A program made the translations under genes and the position numbers. A DNA stretch of 64,000 bases, from the NCBI GenBank assembly GCA_965203445.1, contig OZ241883.1, forward strand, positions 2,272,001-2,336,000, read 5' to 3'. The stretch is from Candidatus Oxydemutator sp. Lineage in GTDB: Bacteria > Pseudomonadota > Gammaproteobacteria > Poriferisulfidales > Oxydemutatoraceae. A model generated the notes under the pieces. The model did no database searches. It was given only the letters and a program-made list of their open reading frames with translations, and was not told the DNA's origin. Shown piece by piece: positions 52,710 to 61,610 of the stretch. Each line of letters begins with the position of its first letter. The first letter of the stretch is position 1.

Positions 52710-55700
52710 TCATTGCCCACTTGACCGGCAAATCATCCCACGAGTGAGACCGGATGGACGCCTTAATTGCGTCAACACACGATCGAAATCAGATGAGACT
52801 AGCAACTCGTCAAGACTGACGTTCGCGCTTGGCATATAAAAAGCCGTTCCCCTAAATGTGAGAATCCTGAACGAATCCGGATTATTTGTGGCCTGAAGAC
52901 TCAAACTGATAGCACGCCTAAGAGCCTCGTCTGCGAATTCAGCATCCGCCGATACTATCGTGCCGTCAGCATTCACGTCGCCGGTTATCATGAACAAACG
53001 GTCATTGTTACGGAACATCGGGCAGCTCCTATTATACAAATCCGCAGAGGCTCCCACCTCTCGGTAGTCTATGCAATAGTCCGCGCCCAAATCGCCGCAT
53101 TCCGCGGACAGCGGACGCGCCGACAATATCGGCAGGTGGTTGCGGTGCTGCAACAGCAGATACACGTCCTTGTCCGAACCTATCTCGACGGCAAAACGCA
53201 CCCCTTGCCGAGCCAGCACCGCCGACGTCGTCGTCGCGTCCTCGACCACGCCCGCTATGCTGCCGTCCGACAAAAGCAAGCCCGCCTTCACCCCGCCCGC
53301 GGGCACGCTGTCCGGATCCGCGGCGCTCGGCGCGGAACCCGTGTCCACCACCCGCAACTCCAACAACATCCAGTCCACCACATTCGACGGCATGCCGTTG
53401 GCGTTGGCGGCGCCCTCTATACGCGGCACCGTCGTCGTCGCCGCGTGGTTCCAGGGCCTCACGTTATACGGTTGTACACGTGGCAGCGCTCGATTCAAAA
53501 ACGTGCCCATGTCGCCAGTCGCGACACTATACGCCCCCTCCAGATACACGCCCGCGGCCACCACCAAGCCTCGCTCGCTGCGGATGCGGGCTTCGGCGGA
53601 CGACGGCTCTCCTATTTCCGCGAGATGCACGCTGCCGCAGTTCGGGCAGTTCGTCAGGCGCAAACGAAATCGCTCGCTGCTTTCCTTCTCTACCTCGTCG
53701 TCCACAACCGACACACCCACTCTCGCGGTACCGCCCCTGTCCAACGTTATGCTCCCGGTGACTGGCAGCGCATCCACACTCACATAGATGGTGCCGCTGC
53801 GATCTATCACGGTGGCTTGCCCCAGATCTCCGGCCGTCAGATCTTCGGACACGGCCGCAAGCTCATACTCCACCGTAACGGCCCGATCAGCGCCGCTGCT
53901 CAACGACACCGTGAACGTTGCGGTAGTCCCTTCCGCCACCACCGCAGGCGCCACCGCCACCGTCACCTGCTCCAGTTCGTTGGCCGCTATCGTCGTCCGC
54001 GCAACGGTGCCCGGCACCTCCAGCGTCACGTCGTCGGGCGCCCCGATAAGCCGTGCGTTGCTCATGGTCACCTCGAAGACCTCGCCCAGCTCGGCGACAC
54101 CGTCAACGGCCGCCGTCAGGGAAAACGACTCGCTGCTCCTACCCGGCGCGATGACCACGCTGCCCCTGCTGGTGTCGGCAAAATCGGCGGCGCCGATTTC
54201 AGTGCCGCCCACCGACCAATCCCAACTCGCACTCATGCCCGCCGGCAAGACCCCTGGCAAACGCACCACGTAGGTCGCAGCCTCGCCTTCCGATACCGTC
54301 TCGCTGCCGCCCAGCGTCGGCGTCAGCACCACCGCGGGCTGCGCCTCCTGTTGCGATGCGCGCCGCGCCGCCCGACTGCCGGCGTCGCCGCCGAACACCA
54401 GCACCGGGTAATGAAGAAAATTGCCAAAATCCCACGGCGCGTCGTCGTTCAACGTCAAAACGCCCATCACCGTGCTCGACGTATCGTCCACGTTCAGCCG
54501 ATCCCAACCGGCGTAGATGCCTTCCGCCGCGGTCGGGGAGCGCAACTCGGCGGAGCTCCGAGGCGCCGTGTCCGTCACAGGCGCACCCTCGCCGCAGCAG
54601 GACGACTCCCCGCTGCGCTCGCTATCAAAGTAGCTTGACTGGAGCTCCACACCTCGACCATCCCTCCACCCCATCAGACCGCCTCTTTGATTCCCCCCGC
54701 CGGTCGGCTTCCCTATCGTATAGCTGGCTCTCACTATGGCTTCGCCCGCGGCGAAGCCTGCCAGACCGCCCACTCTTTGACCATCGCCGTGCACCGCCAC
54801 GTCGCTATAACTCGCAACCACAATTCCCCTCTCCACGGCGCCCACCAAACCGCCTACCACCGAGGAACCGCTCACCGCCCCGCTCACCACGTAACTCGCC
54901 GCTATCTTGCCGTAGTTGAACCCCGCCAACGCCGCCACCGCCGAGCTTTCAGGTGCATTTATGCTCACGTTCTCCATGCCTACGGAACGGATTCTGCCGG
55001 CTACGCCCAAGGCGCCGAACAAGCCCACGAAATCATAGCGACTACTGCCCGCTGTTCGTTGTATTCTCATATTCCTGATGACGTGGCCGTGACCTTCGAA
55101 TACGGCGTTGTAGCGGAGGGATTCTGGCACAATTCCGACGATCTCAGTACCCGTCCAGCCGCCGCCTATCGGCGTCCAGCCCGGGCCCGGGGCCGGTTCC
55201 ACACTGGACAAGTCCAGATCGTTCGACAATTCGTAGCCAGTGCACGCGCCGGAGCAGGTGCGCCTCTCGTCGAAAAAGGGAAACGCCGCCAGATAAGCGG
55301 CCCTGTTCGCACTGCTCACGCCCGCTATCCCGGCACCGCCCAGGTCATAGCGGATCGCCGCCAACTGCGACGTCGTCGCCACCTCTATCAGGGTGTCGCC
55401 GTCGGTGTCGTAGTTTTCCCCCTCGCTGACGCGCAAGAACGGATACTCGGAAGACGTGCCGAAGCGCCACGGATCATCGGCGTTGCCGTCGCCGCTAACG
55501 TCCACGTTCCAGGCGGCGTAGATGCCGCTGTAGGTCGTCGGCGTCTGCAACGACGCGGTGTCGGTGCCGACGCCGAGCGCGCTTGCGCTCTGGCCGCTTG
55601 CGAGCGTGTCCCAATAACTGGCGGTGACCGTAGTTAATTCATCCGTTCGTCGCCCGACCAGGCCGCCGACGTTGCTCGCCCCGGTGACCCCGCCCGCGGC

Positions 55701-56480
55701 GTAACTGGCGGTCAGTTCCCTGGACGCGCCGCCGCCGGAATGCCCCGCCAGACCGCCTACGTTGTTCGTGCCGCTGACCGCCACCGACGCATACACCGCG
55801 ATTGCATCATGGTTGAGGAGTCCGACCAGACCGCCCACGTCCTCTGCGCCCGTAACCAAACCGCCCGCCGCGTAGATCGTCGCAACCACCGTGTTGGTGC
55901 TGACCCAACCCGTCAGCGCACCGACCCGGTTGCGACCGGTAACGTCCACGTCGAGCAAACCAAGATTCTGGATCCTGTTTAGTCGGGTGCCAACAGACCC
56001 TCGGGATATGCGCCCAAACAGGCCGACGTAATCCGAGGACGGACGGTTGATGTAGAGGCCCGTGATAACGTGGCCGCGACCGTCAAAATCGGCGTCGTAG
56101 CCAGTGTTCTCACCGCCTATCGGCTGCCAGCCTGCGCCGGCGTTCCAGTAGAGGTCGTCGCTGCGGGTGCCGAAGCTGCCGGTGTTGAAATCCAGGTTGT
56201 TCAGCAACTCATAGCCGTTGCAGGAAGCCGCGGTGCACGTCGTCGCAAAGGCCGCGGCGTAGTTCGCGGCGTTGTCCTGGGAATCCGCGACGCCGTCGCC
56301 GTTCAAATCCCAGCGTATGGCGTTCATCTGTTGCAGCGTGGTTACGTCAATCAGCCGGGGGGCGTTCTGCGTCTGCGCCGCGAGCGGTTGCGAGGTCAGC
56401 ACCAGCAGCGACGCGACCAGGAGTAGTCCAGACACCAGCAATCCTGAACACGCGCAACGCCGACGCATGTTCAAACCCAT
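52710..56480 (-). CDS. Large secreted protein, paralog 2
   Basis: Same motifs; C-terminus near-identical to paralog 1. Confidence 0.8.
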   Translation of the reverse strand: MGLNMRRRCACSGLLVSGLLLVASLLVLTSQPLAAQTQNAPRLIDVTTLQQMNAIRWDLNGDGVADSQDNAANYAAAFATTCTAASCNGYELLNNLDFNTGSFGTRSDDLYWNAGAGWQPIGGENTGYDADFDGRGHVITGLYINRPSSDYVGLFGRISRGSVGTRLNRIQNLGLLDVDVTGRNRVGALTGWVSTNTVVATIYAAGGLVTGAEDVGGLVGLLNHDAIAVYASVAVSGTNNVGGLAGHSGGGASRELTASYAAGGVTGASNVGGLVGRRTDELTTVTASYWDTLASGQSASALGVGTDTASLQTPTTYSGIYAAWNVDVSGDGNADDPWRFGTSSEYPFLRVSEGENYDTDGDTLIEVATTSQLAAIRYDLGGAGIAGVSSANRAAYLAAFPFFDERRTCSGACTGYELSNDLDLSSVEPAPGPGWTPIGGGWTGTEIVGIVPESLRYNAVFEGHGHVIRNMRIQRTAGSSRYDFVGLFGALGVAGRIRSVGMENVSINAPESSAVAALAGFNYGKIAASYVVSGAVSGSSVVGGLVGAVERGIVVASYSDVAVHGDGQRVGGLAGFAAGEAIVRASYTIGKPTGGGNQRGGLMGWRDGRGVELQSSYFDSERSGESSCCGEGAPVTDTAPRSSAELRSPTAAEGIYAGWDRLNVDDTSSTVMGVLTLNDDAPWDFGNFLHYPVLVFGGDAGSRAARRASQQEAQPAVVLTPTLGGSETVSEGEAATYVVRLPGVLPAGMSASWDWSVGGTEIGAADFADTSRGSVVIAPGRSSESFSLTAAVDGVAELGEVFEVTMSNARLIGAPDDVTLEVPGTVARTTIAANELEQVTVAVAPAVVAEGTTATFTVSLSSGADRAVTVEYELAAVSEDLTAGDLGQATVIDRSGTIYVSVDALPVTGSITLDRGGTARVGVSVVDDEVEKESSERFRLRLTNCPNCGSVHLAEIGEPSSAEARIRSERGLVVAAGVYLEGAYSVATGDMGTFLNRALPRVQPYNVRPWNHAATTTVPRIEGAANANGMPSNVVDWMLLELRVVDTGSAPSAADPDSVPAGGVKAGLLLSDGSIAGVVEDATTTSAVLARQGVRFAVEIGSDKDVYLLLQHRNHLPILSARPLSAECGDLGADYCIDYREVGASADLYNRSCPMFRNNDRLFMITGDVNADGTIVSADAEFADEALRRAISLSLQATNNPDSFRILTFRGTAFYMPSANVSLDELLVSSDFDRVLTQLRRPSGLTRGMICRSSGQ

Positions 56481-56498
56481 ACTTCGTTTGTACAGAAA

Positions 56499-56517
56499 GG
56501 GGGGGGGGGGGGGGGGG
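56499..56517. repeat. Poly-G (19) tract
   Basis: Homopolymer at the equivalent position upstream of paralog 2. Confidence 0.9.
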
Positions 56518-56660
56518 TAGTCATTGGTTCAGCGAAGGGTGTAAGCAGAGAAGCATTTTGTCATTCTGGGGCAGGTTTTTGTCATCGCTATTTAATAATA
56601 ATCCGAAAAAACGAAGTTCGCGCCGGCTGCTGCGGGCGCTGGCGGAAGCCTGCAAGAACT

Positions 56661-59600
56661 TCACTGCTCACTTGACCGGCAAATCCTCCCACGAGTGAGA
56701 CTGCCGGATGGACGCCTTAATTGCCTCACCACACGCTCGAAATCAGATGAGACTAGAAATTCGTCAAGACTGACGTTCGCGCTTGGCATATAAAACTCCG
56801 TGCCCCTAAATCTGAGAATCCTGAACGAAGCCGGATTATTTGTGGCCTGAAGTTGCAAAACGGCAGCAAGCCTAAGAGCCTCGTTTGCGAAATCAGCATC
56901 CGCCGATACTATCGTGCCATCAGCATTCACGTCGCCGGTTATCATGAACAAACGGTCATTGTTACGGAACATCGGGCAGCTCCCATTATACAAATCCGTA
57001 GAGGCTCCCACCTCTCGGTAGTCTATGCAATAGTTCGCACTTGAATCACCGCAATCCGTGGACAATGGCCGCGCCGACAATATCGGCAGGTGGTTGCGAT
57101 GCTGCAACAGCAGATACACGTCCTTGTTCGGCTCTATCTCGGCGTCAAAGCGCACCCCTTGCCGAGCCAACACATCCGTCGTCGTCGTCGCATTCTCGTT
57201 CACGCCTACTATGCTGCCGTCGGACAGAATCAAGCCTGCCTTTACGCCGCCTACGGGCACGCTGTCCGGATCCGCAGCACTCGGCGCGGAACCCGTGTTC
57301 ACTACCCGCAACTCCAACAACATCCAGTCCACCACATTCGACGGCATGCCGTTTGCGTTGGCAACACCCTCTATACGAGGCACCGTCGTCGTCGCCGCGT
57401 GGTTCCAGGGCCTCACGCTATACGGTTGTACACGTGGCAGCGCTCGATTCAAAAAAGTGCCCATGTCGCCATCCGCGACACGATACGCCCCCTCCAAATA
57501 CACGCCCGCGGCCACCACGAAACCTCTCTCGCTGCGGATGCGGGCTTCGGCGGACTTCGGCTCTCCTATTTCCGCCAGATGCTCGCTGCCGCAGTTCGGG
57601 CAGTTCGTCAAAGTCAAACGAAATCGCTCGCTACTTTCCTTCTCTACCTCGTCGGCCACAACGGACACACCCACTTCCGCAGTACCGTCCTCGCGCAACG
57701 TTATGCTCCCGGTGATCGGCAGCGCATTCACGCTCACGTAGTTGGTGCCGCCGCGATCTATCACGGTAACTTGCGACAGATCTCCGGACGTCAGGCCTTC
57801 GGACGCGGTCGTAAGCTCATATTCCACCGTAACGTCCCAACCAGCGCCGCCGCTCAACGTCACCGTGAACGTCGCGGTAGTCCCTTCCGCCACCACCACA
57901 GGCGCCACCGCCACCGTCACCTGATCAAATTCGTTGGCCGCTATCGTCGTCCGCGCAACGGTGCTCGGCGCGTCCAGCGTCACGTCGTCGGGCGCCCCGG
58001 TAAGCCGCGCGTTGCTCATGGTCACCTCGAAGGCCTCGTCCAGCTCGGCGACACCGTCAACGGCCGCCGTCAGGAAAAACGACGCGCTGCTCCCACCCGG
58101 TGCGATAACCACGCTGCCTCTGCTGGTGCCGGCAAAATCGGCGGCGCCGATTTCAGTGCCGCCCACCGACCAATCCCAACTCGCACCGACCCCCGCCGGC
58201 AAGACCCCCGGCAGACGCACCACGTAGCTCGCCGCCTCGCCTTCCGACACCGTCTCGCTGCCGCCCAGCGTCGGCGTCAGCACCACCGCGGGCTGCGCCT
58301 GCTGTTGCGACGTGCGCTGTGCCGCCCGACTGTCGGCGTCGTCGCCGAACACCAGCACCGGGTATTGATAAAAAGTACCAAAATCCCACGGCGCGTCGTC
58401 GTTCAAGTCGCCGTCGTCCTCCTGATCCACGCCGTCCACGTTCAACTTGTCCCAACCCTCGTAGATGGTGCCCGCCGTGGTCGGAGCGCGCAACTGGTTC
58501 GACGTCTTCGGGCTGTTGTCCGGACTCGGCACATTCGCTCCTCCGCAGCAACCACTCTGGCCGCTGCGCTCGTTATCAAAATAGCTTGCCTGGATGTCGG
58601 TGGCAACGGCACCGCTTGTATCACGCCGTCCTAACAAGCCGCCCCTTACAGTATCTCCCATATGGGATCCGCCTTTCACCACCCCGATAGAATAACTGGC
58701 GCTCACCACCGAACCCACACCAGCCTCCCCGATCAGGCCGCCCGACGTGTGAAACCTCGAATCCACTTCCACATTGGCATAACTTGCTATCACCTTGCCA
58801 AAATTAGACCCCGCCAAACCACCCGCTCCCCAAGCACCATACACTCTCCCACCTATCACGTAGCAGGCCGCCACTTTGCCGTCGTTACGCCCCACCAGCG
58901 CACCCGTATGAACACTATGTTGCCCTATATTCAGATTCACGTCCCTCAAGCCCACGTTGCGGATGACACCGTCGCCGTCCAAGACGCGGAACAAGCCCGC
59001 AAAGTGCCATACATTATTCGGGGAGAGCAGTTCCATATTGCTGATAACGTGGCCGTTGCCCTCAAACACCGCTTTGTAACGGTGCTCCTTGGACAGCCCG
59101 CTGCCACTGACAAAGGACGTGCCCACCCCGCCCCCTATCGGTACCCAGTCCGTCCCCGCCAAGTCTATATCGTTCGACAGCTCGTAGCCGGTGCACGTGC
59201 TGGGACAGGTGCGCCTCTCGTCGAAAAAGGGAAACGCCGCCAGGTATGCATCCCTGTTCGCATCGCTGACACTCGCCAACCCGGCACCGCCCAGGTCGTG
59301 GCGTATCGCCGACAACTGTGTCGTCGTCGTAACGTCTATCAAACCGTCGTTGTCGCGGTCGTGGTCCATCCCGTCGCTGAGCCCGATGATGGTTGCCGCG
59401 GAACTCGCGGCAACCGCATCGCCGCTTACGCCGACAGAGAATTGCTCGGCGTACTCCGGGGCCTGATCGTCGAAAACATATACCGAAAACGTCGTCCCGG
59501 TGGTGCCCGCCCGGATGATCACCGTGCCGCTCGGAAAACGGGCAAGCTGCATTCCGACGTCATCGGCAAAATCCGCGGCCACGACGCCGTCGGTCCCCGT

Positions 59601-61055
59601 AGCCGTGCCAACCTGCCAACGCACCACCACGTCTATCGGCGCAGCCATGGACAAACTCACGGTGTACGTCGCCACACCTCCCTCCAAAACGCGCTCGCTT
59701 CCCGTTATCGTCAGCGGTAGCACGAAATCGGCGATACGAAAGTCGCGCGCGACGCCGTACGTGGCGCCGAGTGCGCCGCCGCCAGCGGGCGCCGACAAAG
59801 CGACGGCGAAGCGCTCGACGGACTCCTTCCTGTAATCAACGACGACGGCGAACTCGCAGCTTGCCGTCGTTTGGGCCGTGAAGACCGCGGTGGCGGTGGC
59901 TGCAAGGAAATCATTCCCGTCGGCGGAAGCACCCGAACCGGCGCCGGGAATTATCGTGCACAGCACGTCGTCGGTGACGGAAGCGTCGCTTTGCACGACG
60001 ACCGTCAACGTGGCGCCTTCTACAACTTCGGCGGCGGGCGCGGGGCCGGCTATCGCGTATTGCGGACCGTCGTTGGCAAGGATGGTGAAAGTGGCGGAAA
60101 CGTCCCTGAGATCGAAACCAAACGCGGCCGGCACCGCTCCAAAATTAAAAAGCCAATTACTGAGGCGCAAGGTGACGCTCTCCTCCCCTTCCACCGTCGA
60201 ATCGTCCGCAACCGTTACAATATGATTCGCTCGGAGAATGATTTTCTCGGCAAGTACATCATTCACTATTATTTGAAAAAAGGTCAGGCCACTAGATGGC
60301 GTACTCTGCAAGTCAAGCGCGTTGAAGGCGTCGCCGGACCATGCCCCATCGTATAGGTAACTCCCCGCATACTGGCTCTCCAACGGATGAATGACCCGGG
60401 CAAAGAAGGCCACCGTATCCCCCTCGCGCACCTGCAAACCGGGCCTCGCGGGATCCCGATCGAGGAAATTGCGACTGATGTAGCCGCTGGTCGAACCTCG
60501 GAAATACCGGGGCAGGTCCTCCGCCGGCCGGGTCTGGGACAGGGGCGCGGCCACGGCCTCGCCGTTGCGGACGACAATCGGGCGCCCGCCCGTGGTCGCA
60601 ATGGCGGCAATAAACGACAGCGCCGGCACGACGACGAAACTACTACTGGACTGTATGCCGACCATAACGCTGTCCGCGCCGCTCACGCGCCGGTATCCGT
60701 GCGCTTCCATGACGTTCCCGGTCGGGGTGTACGCAAGGAGAGGAAACGGGAATCTTTCCGACGGTTCCGCTACGCTATCATGGGTGACGGCTTGAAACCG
60801 CGCTTGAGTTCTGACGGCTATCGAGTTGTGGGAACCTCTGACAATTACTTTTTCAAGAGGGCATGCTTGAAAACCGTCGCCGGCACCGCTTCGACACGCC
60901 TCGTTTTCATTGGTATTCATCTGAATTCTTGAAACAGGTGGACTGATGAAATGGGTTTCAGGGGTTCCCTTGTCGTTATTTTCATCATAGTCAATCGAGT
61001 TTTGGGCCGCGGCGTCGGCGCCGAAAGCCATCAACAACAGGCACACAATTCTCAT
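56661..61055 (-). CDS. Large secreted protein, paralog 3 (contains an in-frame MITE)
   Basis: Same Calx-beta/GLUG-like/dockerin-like modules with a distinct N-terminus. Confidence 0.78.
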   Translation of the reverse strand: MRIVCLLLMAFGADAAAQNSIDYDENNDKGTPETHFISPPVSRIQMNTNENEACRSGAGDGFQACPLEKVIVRGSHNSIAVRTQARFQAVTHDSVAEPSERFPFPLLAYTPTGNVMEAHGYRRVSGADSVMVGIQSSSSFVVVPALSFIAAIATTGGRPIVVRNGEAVAAPLSQTRPAEDLPRYFRGSTSGYISRNFLDRDPARPGLQVREGDTVAFFARVIHPLESQYAGSYLYDGAWSGDAFNALDLQSTPSSGLTFFQIIVNDVLAEKIILRANHIVTVADDSTVEGEESVTLRLSNWLFNFGAVPAAFGFDLRDVSATFTILANDGPQYAIAGPAPAAEVVEGATLTVVVQSDASVTDDVLCTIIPGAGSGASADGNDFLAATATAVFTAQTTASCEFAVVVDYRKESVERFAVALSAPAGGGALGATYGVARDFRIADFVLPLTITGSERVLEGGVATYTVSLSMAAPIDVVVRWQVGTATGTDGVVAADFADDVGMQLARFPSGTVIIRAGTTGTTFSVYVFDDQAPEYAEQFSVGVSGDAVAASSAATIIGLSDGMDHDRDNDGLIDVTTTTQLSAIRHDLGGAGLASVSDANRDAYLAAFPFFDERRTCPSTCTGYELSNDIDLAGTDWVPIGGGVGTSFVSGSGLSKEHRYKAVFEGNGHVISNMELLSPNNVWHFAGLFRVLDGDGVIRNVGLRDVNLNIGQHSVHTGALVGRNDGKVAACYVIGGRVYGAWGAGGLAGSNFGKVIASYANVEVDSRFHTSGGLIGEAGVGSVVSASYSIGVVKGGSHMGDTVRGGLLGRRDTSGAVATDIQASYFDNERSGQSGCCGGANVPSPDNSPKTSNQLRAPTTAGTIYEGWDKLNVDGVDQEDDGDLNDDAPWDFGTFYQYPVLVFGDDADSRAAQRTSQQQAQPAVVLTPTLGGSETVSEGEAASYVVRLPGVLPAGVGASWDWSVGGTEIGAADFAGTSRGSVVIAPGGSSASFFLTAAVDGVAELDEAFEVTMSNARLTGAPDDVTLDAPSTVARTTIAANEFDQVTVAVAPVVVAEGTTATFTVTLSGGAGWDVTVEYELTTASEGLTSGDLSQVTVIDRGGTNYVSVNALPITGSITLREDGTAEVGVSVVADEVEKESSERFRLTLTNCPNCGSEHLAEIGEPKSAEARIRSERGFVVAAGVYLEGAYRVADGDMGTFLNRALPRVQPYSVRPWNHAATTTVPRIEGVANANGMPSNVVDWMLLELRVVNTGSAPSAADPDSVPVGGVKAGLILSDGSIVGVNENATTTTDVLARQGVRFDAEIEPNKDVYLLLQHRNHLPILSARPLSTDCGDSSANYCIDYREVGASTDLYNGSCPMFRNNDRLFMITGDVNADGTIVSADADFANEALRLAAVLQLQATNNPASFRILRFRGTEFYMPSANVSLDEFLVSSDFERVVRQLRRPSGSLTRGRICRSSEQ
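60830..60969. mobile_element. 140-bp MITE with a TTGT target duplication
   Basis: TIRs GGGAACCTCTGA / TCAGGGGTTCCC; TTGT at 60826-60829 and 60970-60973. Confidence 0.8.
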
Positions 61056-61097
61056 TAGTCCGCGCTCAATAGGAGGGAGAACAATTAGGGGATTATA

Positions 61098-61540
61098 TGA
61101 ACCTATCTCAAAATTGCCTAATCAATATCATCATGGCGGCCAGCTGCACAAAACCAAAAAAGTTATGCGCGTAATACTCCCACCGTGTTAACACTCGTCG
61201 TTGCCATTGTAGCCATGCAAAAGTTCTCTCCACTATCCAGCGTCTTTCACAGCGGCGCAGCCTGCGACCATCCTGTGTCTTGCGTTTCTAACGGCGGTGC
61301 ACTGTTTTGTAATTCGGCTAACATTGCGGCAGCATCTTCCATTGCGCACCCGTGTTGAGGATCCACAGGACGCCTTCGAGAACCTTTCTTGTCGGCACCG
61401 GCTTGCGACCGGCCCGACCCGGCGGGATGTTTTCTTCTGGGAAGTGCTTGCGTATGCGTTCCCATTGCTCGTCGCTCAATCGTACCATGCAATGGATCAT
61501 ACACGATAATCAGCAGATATTCGATTTTGAGATAGGTTCA
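61098..61540 (-). mobile_element. Internally deleted IS5-family element (transposase pseudogene)
   Basis: Perfect 17-bp TIR TGAACCTATCTCAAAAT; N-terminal LSDEQWERI..VLWILNTGAQW joined to C-terminal RWIVERTFAWL with in-frame stops. Confidence 0.88.
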
Positions 61541-61610
61541 GGTTTCATTTGCGTTGGCAGTTACGGCGACGCTTTATTTTCTTTCAGGTGATGCGATGCC
61601 CGCAGAAACT

